From: Rhodanobacter sp.
Lineage (GTDB): Bacteria > Pseudomonadota > Gammaproteobacteria > Xanthomonadales > Rhodanobacteraceae
Length of the DNA stretch: 50,181 bases
Direction of reading: 5' to 3'
Assembly (NCBI GenBank): GCA_035571995.1
Contig: DATNBK010000243.1
Span: 1-50,181 of the forward strand
The position numbers were made by a program, and so were the translations under genes. The notes beneath the pieces are model-generated. The model worked only from the letters and a program-made list of their open reading frames with translations. It was not told the DNA's origin and ran no database searches. Position 1 is the stretch's first letter, and each line of letters begins with the position of its first letter. This document shows positions 1 through 8,592 of the stretch, piece by piece.

Positions 1-615
1 CCCACCGACCAGCCCATGTTTCCAAAGCCCGTGGTGCACCGCACGCTCGGCGTGCTGATGGTGCTGATGTTCTCGAAGTTCTTTTACCTGGCCAGCATCA
101 GCAGCTACTACGAGTTCTACCTGATCCACCACTTTGGGCTGTCGATGACTGCGGCCACCAACCTGTTGTCGGTGTTCCTGGTGGCCGTCGCTGCCGGCAC
201 CTTGATCGGGGGGCCGATTGGCGACCGTATCGGGCGCCGGCAGGTCATCTGGTTTTCCATCCTTGGCATCGCTCCGTTCACGCTGCTCCTCCCGCACGTG
301 GACCTGGCCTGGACCGTGGGCCTGACGGTGATCATTGGCGTCGTACTGGCTTCGGCGTTCCCAGCCATCATCGTCTATGCGCAGGACATGATCCCGCATC
401 GCATCGGCATGGTCTCGGGCATGTTCTATGGCCTGTCGTTTGGCCTGGGCGGCATTGGCGCGGCGGTGCTCGGCGTGGTGGCAGACGCCTACAGCATCGA
501 ATTCGTCTACCAGGTCTGCGCTTTCCTGCCCTTGCTCGGGCTGTTTGCCGTGTTCCTGCCGGACGTCCGGCCATCCGAACCCGTCTATGTGGTGAAGGGC
601 GCCCCGCGCGCCTGA
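1..615 (+). CDS. fsr: MFS transporter, Fsr (fosmidomycin resistance) family, 5'-truncated by window edge
   Basis: Frame is open from base 1. C-terminal MFS half with Fsr-like motifs FSKFFYLASISSYY, GTLIGGPIGDRIGRR and ASAFPAIIVYAQ. TGA at 613-615. Confidence 0.85.
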   Translation, partial: PTDQPMFPKPVVHRTLGVLMVLMFSKFFYLASISSYYEFYLIHHFGLSMTAATNLLSVFLVAVAAGTLIGGPIGDRIGRRQVIWFSILGIAPFTLLLPHVDLAWTVGLTVIIGVVLASAFPAIIVYAQDMIPHRIGMVSGMFYGLSFGLGGIGAAVLGVVADAYSIEFVYQVCAFLPLLGLFAVFLPDVRPSEPVYVVKGAPRA

Positions 616-641
616 ATATCCCGCGGGCGCCTCGCTGCTCG

Positions 642-812
642 TCAGGGCAGCGTGACCTTGCCAATGTTTGCCGTCTGGCCCAGGACATTGAACGCAGGCA
701 TCCCGTTGGCGACGAAGGACTGGTATTGGGCCTGCAATGGGACCCGGCGCGCATCCAGCGCCGCCAGTCGGGTCTTCATGCCCGCAGTCACGTTGGGCGC
801 GTTCGGGTCCAT
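642..812 (-). pseudogene. Orphan 3'-terminal fragment (56 codons + stop) of a VPS10/BNR-protein gene; direct repeat of 5298-5468
   Basis: Manual ungapped alignment to 5298-5468 gives 150/171 identical bases. Translates MDPNAPNVTAGMKTRLAALD...GKVTLP versus [20 protein letters not shown]...GTITIP. Confidence 0.9.
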
Positions 813-2086
813 GATTGCCAGGCATAGAGCGGCAGTCCGAGCAGCAGCAGGATGAGGTTCCACTGTGCCGCCGCCGGGCCCGCGCCGATCACCGCCCACA
901 CGGTGAACGCAAACGCTGCGCCCGCCAACAGTACGTGCCGCACCGGCACGGCACGCTGGTCGCGCAGCGCGAGGACGACGTCGGCCACCGCGCTGAAAAG
1001 GTAGGCCATGACGTTGCCGAGCGTCGTCAGGAGGATGATGAACGTGAACATGCCGACCATCCCGCGGCTGTAGTTCGCGAGCACGATAACGCTGCCGATG
1101 GTCGCGCCAACGACAAGTGCGACGACGGGCACACCACGGGTGGAATCGGCGGCGAGGAAGCGTGGGAACAAGCCATCGCGCGCCACCGCCTCCGCGAACT
1201 GGCCGGCGATCAGCGTCCAGCCGTTCAGCGCACCGAAGCAGGAAATGATCGCGGCGCCGGCGATGAGATACGCCGCCCAGTTTCCCCACAGCACGCGCGC
1301 GGCATCCGCGAACGGGGCCTGCGAGTCGGCCAGCACGACAGCAGGCAGGACACCCATGACGCCTAGCGTGCAGGCGATGTAGACGACTGCCGCGGCAAGC
1401 GTGCCGAGCAGCGTCGCCCGCGGGATCGTACGTTCCGCGTCACGGACGTGCCCAGCGGGTATCGTCGCGCACTCGACACCGATGAACGCGAACATCGTCG
1501 CCGCAACGCTGACGTTGATCGCGTGGAGCGGCGTGTCCGCCGACGTCGCCGGCGCGAGCAGCCCAGGGTCGAAGTGCCAGAGCCCGACGGCAGCGAGCGC
1601 GATGAGCGGCAGCAGTTTCAGGATTGTCGTCGCGACCTGCACGGCGGACGCGGCGCGGATGCCGGCGATGTTCACCAGGGTGAGGCCCCAGATCACCGCC
1701 AGTGCCACGAGCGCGCCCAGGAACGGAGTCGTGGCGAGCACTGGTACCAGCGCCGACAGGTAACTCGCGAACGCGACCGCGATCGCGGCGTTGCTGCCGA
1801 CGACCGCGACCCAGTACACCCAGGCGACGAGAAAGCCGGGACAGTCGCCGAACGCCTCACGACTGTAGGCGTAGGGGCCGCCGGCCAGCGGTGCGCGGCG
1901 TGCCAGGCGATAGAACACGCCGGCGAGCAGCAGCGCACCGATCGCGCTGACGACCCAACCCATCAGGCTGTAGCTGCCGTAAGGCGCGAGCGTCGCCGGC
2001 AACAGGAATACGCCCGAACCCACCATGTTGCCCAGCACCAACGCAGTCGCGGCGATCAAGCCGATCTTGCGTGCCGGCGCCGTCAC
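788..2086 (-). CDS. APC-family amino acid permease (PotE/CadB/AdiC-like)
   Basis: GNMVGSGVF TM1 motif, GGPYAY, FAFIGVE and many hydrophobic TM segments. GTG start overlaps the upstream TGA (GTGA coupling). Confidence 0.9.
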   Translation of the reverse strand: MTAPARKIGLIAATALVLGNMVGSGVFLLPATLAPYGSYSLMGWVVSAIGALLLAGVFYRLARRAPLAGGPYAYSREAFGDCPGFLVAWVYWVAVVGSNAAIAVAFASYLSALVPVLATTPFLGALVALAVIWGLTLVNIAGIRAASAVQVATTILKLLPLIALAAVGLWHFDPGLLAPATSADTPLHAINVSVAATMFAFIGVECATIPAGHVRDAERTIPRATLLGTLAAAVVYIACTLGVMGVLPAVVLADSQAPFADAARVLWGNWAAYLIAGAAIISCFGALNGWTLIAGQFAEAVARDGLFPRFLAADSTRGVPVVALVVGATIGSVIVLANYSRGMVGMFTFIILLTTLGNVMAYLFSAVADVVLALRDQRAVPVRHVLLAGAAFAFTVWAVIGAGPAAAQWNLILLLLGLPLYAWQSWTRTRPT

Positions 2087-5000
2087 GCCGGCAGGTCCTC
2101 GCTGAGCACGCTGTCCAGCACGCCGACGAAGCGGTCGACGTCGGCGTCCGCGATGATAAGTGGCGGGCGTAGTTTGACGACGTTGTGAAACGGGCCGTCC
2201 GTGCCGGCAAGCACGCCACGATCCCGCAGGCGCTCGACGATGTGGCCGGCCTGCGCCGTCGCAGGCTGCCGGCTGTCGCGGTCGGTCACCAGATCGATGC
2301 CTTGGAACAGCCCCATGCCGCGCACGTCGCCGATCAATGCATGCCTTGCCTGGAGTCCGCGGAGTTCAGTCAGCAAGCGGTTGCCGACACGCAGCGCGTG
2401 TTCCGGCAGCGCCTCGTCCCGCAACACATCGAGTACGGCGAGGCCGGCGGCGCAGGCGACCGGATTGCCGCCGTAGGTGCTGAAGAACTCCATGCCGTTG
2501 TGGAAGGACGCGGCGATTGCCGGCGTGGTCACGACGGCGGCGAGCGGAAAGCAGTTCCCGATCGGCTTCGCAAGCACGACGATGTCGGGCACGACGCCTT
2601 GCGTCTCGAAGCCCCAGTACGCGCTGCCCAGGCGGCCGAAGCCGACCTGCACTTCGTCGGCGATGCACAGGCCACCCGCCGCGCGTACCAGCGCGTAGAC
2701 CGCAGCCAGGTAGCCGTCCGGAAAGATGATCTGCCCACCGACGCTCGGCATGCTTTCGGCAATGAATGCGGCAAGGTGACGGCGCTCCGCGTGCAGCGAT
2801 CCAAGGATGGCCTTCACGTCTTCGGCGTAGCGCCCGCCGAGGTCCGCTTCGCCGCGCCGATGCGGGCCGCGGTAATCGTCGGCAATGGGAGCGATGTGCA
2901 CCCATGGCTTGCGGCCGCTGCCGCCCGGTCCATTGAACTTGTAGGGACTGATGTCCGTCACCGTGCCGGTGTTGCCGTGGTACGCGTTTTCCAGCACCAG
3001 CATGTCTTGGGCATGTGTGTGCGTGCGCGCAAGACGGATCGCGAGCTCATTCGCCTCGCTGCCGGAGTTCACGAAATAGCACACGTGCAGAGGAGCCGGC
3101 AGCAACGCGGTAAGGCGCTCGGCATAGCGCAGCACGGTGTCGTGCAGGTAGCGGGTGTTCGTGTTGAGCAGGGCGAGCTGCCGGCATGCCGCTTCCACGA
3201 CGCGCGGGTGGTTGTGGCCGACCAGCGGCACATTGTTGAACATGTCCAGATACGGACGTCCCATGTCATCGTAGAGATACTGCCGCCAGCCGCGCACGAC
3301 CTTGAGTGGTCGCCCGTAGGACAGGCTGAGGCTTGGACCCAGCAGCACCTGTCGCCGCGCCAGGGTTTCCGCGCTGGACGCCTCCTGCGGGAAGCATGCG
3401 GCGGGAATGCCGAGCAAGAGGTTCGGGTCTGGGGACAGTGCGTTCCATGCGGCCCGTTCGGCGACGGGTATGCGCTCGGGGAAATCCGCGGAGGAGTCCA
3501 GCAGGTCGCGTGCAAGCTGGAAGTGCAGTCGGCTGATTCCACCCATCGCGGCGTCGGCCGGCTGCATGCGGCCCACGATCTCGCCGGCAGCCACCTGCTG
3601 GCCGGGCGCCAGGGTCCCGACGCTCGCGGCATCCAGCGGCTGGAACAGCGTGAAGAATGCCGGCGCGCCGTCCGGCTCGTGGCGGAGGATGACGCGGGTG
3701 CCGCTTGTGCCGTTGTGGAGGACGGCGTACACCGTTGCCGCGAGCGGCGCGTGGACGGCGGAGGCTTCGCGCAGGAACAGTTCGACGCCGAGGTGGATTG
3801 TCCGCAGTGCGGCGACGGGATCGTCCTGTCCGATCGAGTGCACCGCATCGGCGGCGTGACGTGCCTCGTCGTGGCGACCGATGCCCACGGCGGCACCACT
3901 TCGCGCGAGCTCGGCGGCGATGAGCCGCATGCGCTCTGTTGGTGTGTCGTGTGCGGGGTCGGCACCCAGCATGCTGCTGCCGACGCCGAGGTCGAGCACC
4001 CGGAGTGACGCTGGGCGCAGATCCACGTCGACGATGGTGTGGCATTCGCCACGCTGCGTTCGCAGCCATGCGGCGAATGCGTCGGCATCCGGCAAAGGCG
4101 CGAGGCCGCAGGCCTGGCGCAGGACAGCCTCGGCGCGACGCGGATGGATGCGGTCGAGCAGGTCCAACGCAGCCCAGGCCGGTGCCTCGGAAATCGTCAC
4201 GTAGGAGTCATCCGGCCGCGTGGCGTGGCGCAGGGCCGAATTGACGACGCTGACCGCGAGGCGCATCGCGGTCAGCGGGAAGAGCACGCCAAGCTCGTTC
4301 GTTTCGAGAGGAAATTGGCGGTGATAGCCGGAGACGAGCGTGGCCATCGCCACCAGGGGCTCGTCCTTGCCGAGCAGCGCATACGCTGCGGCGACTGCCG
4401 GTTCGGCGACGAGCATGCCCTCATGCATGTCGCCGAAATCAATCAAGCCGACACGTGCTGGCGAGGTAGCGTCCGTTGCTTCGACGAGCACGTTGTAATC
4501 ATTGGCGTCGCCATAGATCACGCCACGCCGAAGTTGCGGCAACAGCGGCACGACACCTGCCACGTAACGTTTGATCACGCGCGTGATGAGTTCATGCCGT
4601 CCGGGGTCTTCGATCGCATCGAGCGCATCATGTATCCAGAGCGGCGCCGACAAGTCCCATTTGAGCTGTCGCCATGCCGAGGGATGGTTGAAGTCCGCGA
4701 GCGCGTGGTCGAGGCTACCGAGGAATCCACCAATGGCGGCGAGCAGCGCGGCCGAGTGTGGATGCACGTCGAACAACACCTTGCCCGGCACATGGCTGAG
4801 CAGCCAGACGATGCGCTCGGAGCCATCAGCGCCACTGGTCGCCTGGAACGCGGCGCCATCCACGGTCGGGATCACACGCGCCAGACGCAACGATGGGGCG
4901 CGCCACGCCAGGTGTTGCAACGTGCGGCATTGCAGGTCGACGAACGACGCCTCACGCTCCGGGTGCATGACCTTGAGGATGAACATCGAGCCATCCAACG

Positions 5001-5130
5001 CCGTCAGCTCGAAGACCTGGTCGTATTCGCTCGGTAGCGGACGCACGCGGCCGGTGATGCCATAAAGCGCATGCGCCAGCGCCTCGACCGCACTTGCGTC
5101 CCAGTGCGCGGCTTCCCGTGGTTCGGTCAT
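2083..5130 (-). CDS. Fusion: APH/choline-kinase-like domain + degenerate M23-like domain + class III PLP aminotransferase/phospho-lyase (AGPHD1-AGXT2L-like), ~1015 aa
   Basis: Kinase motifs IYGDANDYN and IDFGD. Middle segment TIHLGVELF...LHFQ. Class III motifs [26 protein letters not shown] and LAKPIGN. ATG at 5130 has AGGA upstream (the ORF track start at 5214 is less likely). Confidence 0.85.
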   Translation of the reverse strand: MTEPREAAHWDASAVEALAHALYGITGRVRPLPSEYDQVFELTALDGSMFILKVMHPEREASFVDLQCRTLQHLAWRAPSLRLARVIPTVDGAAFQATSGADGSERIVWLLSHVPGKVLFDVHPHSAALLAAIGGFLGSLDHALADFNHPSAWRQLKWDLSAPLWIHDALDAIEDPGRHELITRVIKRYVAGVVPLLPQLRRGVIYGDANDYNVLVEATDATSPARVGLIDFGDMHEGMLVAEPAVAAAYALLGKDEPLVAMATLVSGYHRQFPLETNELGVLFPLTAMRLAVSVVNSALRHATRPDDSYVTISEAPAWAALDLLDRIHPRRAEAVLRQACGLAPLPDADAFAAWLRTQRGECHTIVDVDLRPASLRVLDLGVGSSMLGADPAHDTPTERMRLIAAELARSGAAVGIGRHDEARHAADAVHSIGQDDPVAALRTIHLGVELFLREASAVHAPLAATVYAVLHNGTSGTRVILRHEPDGAPAFFTLFQPLDAASVGTLAPGQQVAAGEIVGRMQPADAAMGGISRLHFQLARDLLDSSADFPERIPVAERAAWNALSPDPNLLLGIPAACFPQEASSAETLARRQVLLGPSLSLSYGRPLKVVRGWRQYLYDDMGRPYLDMFNNVPLVGHNHPRVVEAACRQLALLNTNTRYLHDTVLRYAERLTALLPAPLHVCYFVNSGSEANELAIRLARTHTHAQDMLVLENAYHGNTGTVTDISPYKFNGPGGSGRKPWVHIAPIADDYRGPHRRGEADLGGRYAEDVKAILGSLHAERRHLAAFIAESMPSVGGQIIFPDGYLAAVYALVRAAGGLCIADEVQVGFGRLGSAYWGFETQGVVPDIVVLAKPIGNCFPLAAVVTTPAIAASFHNGMEFFSTYGGNPVACAAGLAVLDVLRDEALPEHALRVGNRLLTELRGLQARHALIGDVRGMGLFQGIDLVTDRDSRQPATAQAGHIVERLRDRGVLAGTDGPFHNVVKLRPPLIIADADVDRFVGVLDSVLSEDLPA

Positions 5131-5260
5131 GGATCGTGGTCCTGTTGCGTGGCAAACGTCGTTACCATGCCACAGGCGGTCAGCGACGGATCGGTGCGCG
5201 GGTGGCGCCGGCAAGACGTCGGTTCATGCCTGAAGAATTGCATCCCCGCAGTCACTGCCA

Positions 5261-5290
5261 CCGCGCCGGATGCGTACGCACCCGGCGCGG
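5261..5290 (-). terminator. GC-rich hairpin just downstream of the VPS10 gene
   Basis: CCGCGCCGG-ATGCGTACGCAC-CCGGCGCGG is a near-perfect inverted repeat. No U-tract, so it may be an mRNA-stabilising stem. Confidence 0.5.
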
Positions 5291-5297
5291 CGTTGCC

Positions 5298-5468
5298 TCA
5301 GGGGATCGTGATCGTGCCAATGTTTGCCGTCTGGCACAGGGCATTGAACGCAGGTATCCCGTTGGCGACGAAGGACTGGTACTGGGCCTGCAAGGGGGCC
5401 CAGCGTGCATCCAGCGCTGCAAGCTGGGTCTTCATGCCTTCGGTCACGTTGGGCGCATTCGTGTCCAT
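5298..5468 (-). repeat. Second copy of the 171-bp direct repeat (3' end of the intact VPS10 gene)
   Basis: Aligns without gaps to 642-812 at an offset of 4656 bp, with 21 mismatches. Confidence 0.9.
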
Positions 5469-8400
5469 CTCGCCTTTCAGGAAGATGTAGTCGGCGCTCA
5501 ACATGTTCACGTAGTTGATGATGTCGTCATTGCTCTCGGCCTTCCGCTGCACGAGCTGGCTGTCCCAGTCCAGGAGCTGCTTGGACAGGGCCTTGCCCGC
5601 GTTGGCGACGTCCGGGGCAGCTGATTTCTCCGCCAGGAGGGCGACCAGGCCGTCGATCTGCCCGCGTGCCGAAGCCATCTTGTTGACCGCCCCGTGGATT
5701 TCATTGAGGCGCGCCTCGATCGCCGACATGACGACGTGCTGCTCCTGGTATTGCGCGGCCGTGGCCTGGATGCCTGGATGCGGCAGCACGTTGAACGCCG
5801 TGGTTTGCTCCTGCGTACCGAGCTTGAGCGCCGCGCGGTAGGTTCCAGGAGCGGCCTTGTGCCCACTGTAGCTGCCCTCGATGAAGACACGTGGTGCACC
5901 GAGCACGGTGGGATAGCGCATGTCCCAGACGAACCGATGCATGCCCTTGGTCCTGGACAGGACGGGGTCGGCCTTGGGGCCGCCGGGGTAGGCGACGAAG
6001 CTTGCGTCCGCCGTGGACGAGTAACTCCGCACCACGTGGTTGTCCGCGTCGGTGATCGTGAGGGTCAGCGTGTCGCCTTCGGCGAGGTCGGCTGGCAGGT
6101 TGTAATAGAACACCACGCCGGTTGGTGCATTGGTCCCGAACGGAGATGTTTGTTTGACGTCGTCCTCGTCGAGCACGGCGTCGAACGCGCTGCGCCCGGA
6201 AACGCGCACGGCGTCGTCGGGCTTGAACAGCTGCAGCCCATTGTTGGCCGGGTTGTATTGGCGCAGCACCCCGACGTCGTCCAGGATCCAGAAGCCGCGG
6301 CCTTGGGTCGAGGCCACCAGGTCTCCCTGGCGGAGCATCAGGTCGGTGATCGCGACGACTGGAAGGTTGAGCTGCAGGGGGCTCCAGCTTTGGCCACCGT
6401 TGTAGGAAATGTATAAGCCCGTTTCCGTGCCGGCGTAGAGCAGGTCCTTGCGCACGTCGTCTTCGCGCACGACGCGCGTCGCGGCGCCATAGGGAATGCC
6501 GCTGGAGATATTGGTCCAGGTCTTGCCGTAGTTCGTCGTCTTGTAGATGGCCGGCGTGAAGTCGTTGAACTTGTAGCGGGTGGTGGCGATGTACGCGGTC
6601 GCATTGTCGTGCGGCGAGACTTCGATGCTGTCGATCAGGGTTTCCTTGAGACCAGCCGGGGTGACGTTGCTCCAGGTCTTGCCGCCATCTCGCGTGATGT
6701 ACACCAGGCCGTCGTCGCTGCCGGTCCAGATCACGCCTGGCTCGTTTGGATGGATCTTGACGTAGGCCAGCGTGCCGTAGTTTTCGCCGCCGGCGCCTTC
6801 GTTGGTATAGGGCACGCCACTCACCCCCAGCGTGGCCGGGTTGTTGCGCGTCAGGTCGGGGGAAATCTCCTGCCAGGTGTGGCCCATGTCGGTGGTTTTC
6901 AGCAGGTGGTTGGCCCCGTGGTAGAAGGCCTGGTCGGCTTTCGACCATACGACTGGCGCATTCCACTTGTAGCGGTATTTCATGTTCTTGGGCTGCAGCG
7001 CCTGGTACTGGATGGGCGCGGTCATGACCTTGCGGGTTTCCCCGGTCTGCGTGTCCAGGACTTCGATGGTGCCCTGGTAGCTGCCGCCCATCACGTAACG
7101 CGGGTCTTCCGGATCGAAGGCGAGGAAAGCGCTTTCGCCGCCGGCGGAGGCCTGCCAGTTGTGCTCGTCGATGCCGGCGCCGTCGACGTTGCGGCTCTGG
7201 ATCTTGACCGTGCTGTTGTCCTGCTGCCCGCCATACACGTTGTAGGGGAACAGGTTGTCGGTGTTGACCCGGTAGAACTGCCCGGTGGGCATCCGGTCCT
7301 GCGACGACCAGGTGGCGCCCTGGTTCACGGTGACGGCCGCGCCACCGTCGTTGGCGATGATCATGTTGCGGCTGTTGTCCGGGTTGATCCACAGGTCGTG
7401 GTAATCACCGTGCGTGCCCGACAGGTTGGTCCAGCTCTTGCCGCCATCGATGGACATCAGGCCGGGGGAATTGAGCACGTAGACTGTGTTCTCGTTTTGC
7501 GGGTCGGCAAACACCTCGATGTAGTACCAGGCGCGTTGCGTCAAGCGGTGGTCCTTGCTGACGCGCGTCCACTTCTCGCCCCCGTTGTCGGAGGCGAACA
7601 GGCCACCCAGCTCCTTCTGGGTGTCGCTTTCCACCAGGGCGTAGACCTTGTCCGGGTTGCTGCGGCTCACCGAGACGCCGATCTTGCCCAGTTCCTTGGG
7701 CAGTCCATCCTGGATCTGGTGCCAGGTTGCGCCGCTGTCGGTGGACTTGTACAGTCCGCTGCCCTTGCCGCCGCTGATCACCTGCCAGGGCAGGCGCCGG
7801 TGGTCCCACATGGCCGCATACAGGATGCGCGGGTTGGCCATGTCCATGCTGAGGTCGGCGACGCCGGTGTTCTCGTCCACGTACAAGATCTTTTTCCAGG
7901 TGGCGCCGCCGTCGGTGGACTTGTAGACGCCACGTTCCGTCGTCGCCCCATGCAACGCGCCCTGCGCGCCGACATAGACGATGTCGGGATTATTGGGATC
8001 GATGCGGACATCGGAAATGTGCCGGGTGAGTTCCAGCCCCATGTGTTTCCAGGTCTTGCCCGCGTCAGTGGACTTGTAGACACCATCCCCGTACGAGGTG
8101 CTCACGCCGCGCACCGCGTGCTCGCCCATGCCGACGTAGATGACGTTCGGGTCGCTCGCAGAAACAGCGACCGCGCCGACCGATCCGGTCTTGAAATAGC
8201 CGTCTGAGATGTTGCTCCAGTTCACGCCGGCATCGGTGGTCTTCCAGACGCCGCCGCCGGTGGTGCCCATGTAGTAGGTCAGCGGGTCGCCGATGACACC
8301 AGTTGCGGTGACCGACCTGCCGCCCCGGAACGGGCCGATGCTGCGCCACACGACCGGTTGGAAGTGGCTGTCCAGGCTGGTGACCTTGCTGGCCGCCGCG

Positions 8401-8483
8401 GCAGTAGCAGGTTTTTGTCCGGCCTGGGCGTACGCCACCAGGCCGATACTGAGGCCAAGGAAGAGGGCCAATGATGTTTTCAT
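5298..8483 (-). CDS. Secreted VPS10/sortilin-like BNR (Asp-box) beta-propeller protein, often annotated glycosyl hydrolase, ~1061 aa
   Basis: Signal peptide [33 protein letters not shown], many S/T-x-D-x-G-x-T/N-W Asp boxes and a helical C-terminal tail. Confidence 0.85.
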   Translation of the reverse strand: MKTSLALFLGLSIGLVAYAQAGQKPATAAAASKVTSLDSHFQPVVWRSIGPFRGGRSVTATGVIGDPLTYYMGTTGGGVWKTTDAGVNWSNISDGYFKTGSVGAVAVSASDPNVIYVGMGEHAVRGVSTSYGDGVYKSTDAGKTWKHMGLELTRHISDVRIDPNNPDIVYVGAQGALHGATTERGVYKSTDGGATWKKILYVDENTGVADLSMDMANPRILYAAMWDHRRLPWQVISGGKGSGLYKSTDSGATWHQIQDGLPKELGKIGVSVSRSNPDKVYALVESDTQKELGGLFASDNGGEKWTRVSKDHRLTQRAWYYIEVFADPQNENTVYVLNSPGLMSIDGGKSWTNLSGTHGDYHDLWINPDNSRNMIIANDGGAAVTVNQGATWSSQDRMPTGQFYRVNTDNLFPYNVYGGQQDNSTVKIQSRNVDGAGIDEHNWQASAGGESAFLAFDPEDPRYVMGGSYQGTIEVLDTQTGETRKVMTAPIQYQALQPKNMKYRYKWNAPVVWSKADQAFYHGANHLLKTTDMGHTWQEISPDLTRNNPATLGVSGVPYTNEGAGGENYGTLAYVKIHPNEPGVIWTGSDDGLVYITRDGGKTWSNVTPAGLKETLIDSIEVSPHDNATAYIATTRYKFNDFTPAIYKTTNYGKTWTNISSGIPYGAATRVVREDDVRKDLLYAGTETGLYISYNGGQSWSPLQLNLPVVAITDLMLRQGDLVASTQGRGFWILDDVGVLRQYNPANNGLQLFKPDDAVRVSGRSAFDAVLDEDDVKQTSPFGTNAPTGVVFYYNLPADLAEGDTLTLTITDADNHVVRSYSSTADASFVAYPGGPKADPVLSRTKGMHRFVWDMRYPTVLGAPRVFIEGSYSGHKAAPGTYRAALKLGTQEQTTAFNVLPHPGIQATAAQYQEQHVVMSAIEARLNEIHGAVNKMASARGQIDGLVALLAEKSAAPDVANAGKALSKQLLDWDSQLVQRKAESNDDIINYVNMLSADYIFLKGEMDTNAPNVTEGMKTQLAALDARWAPLQAQYQSFVANGIPAFNALCQTANIGTITIP

Positions 8484-8548
8484 ATCCGTCTCTTGTGGGG
8501 GTGGATGCCGCTGGGCGCACGTCATGCGACGCAACGCGCGCCCTCAAG

Positions 8549-8583
8549 CCCGGCGCCAGGGAAGCTGGGCAACTGGCGCCGGG
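8549..8583 (-). other. Intergenic stem-loop after TonB receptor gene
   Basis: Perfect 11-bp inverted repeat CCCGGCGCCAG-N13-CTGGCGCCGGG. Confidence 0.55.
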
Positions 8584-8592
8584 TGATGCCGA

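Noticed and set aside
642-1289. 215-aa minus-strand ORF ending in VPS10-like sequence
   Set aside because: The N-terminal part is an alternative frame of the permease. Only the last 56 codons are meaningful, as a remnant.
5149-5173. GTGGCA-N13-TGCCAC inverted repeat / possible sigma54 site before the aminotransferase fusion
   Set aside because: Spacing does not fit GG-N10-GC, and a 6-bp GC-rich repeat is too weak alone.
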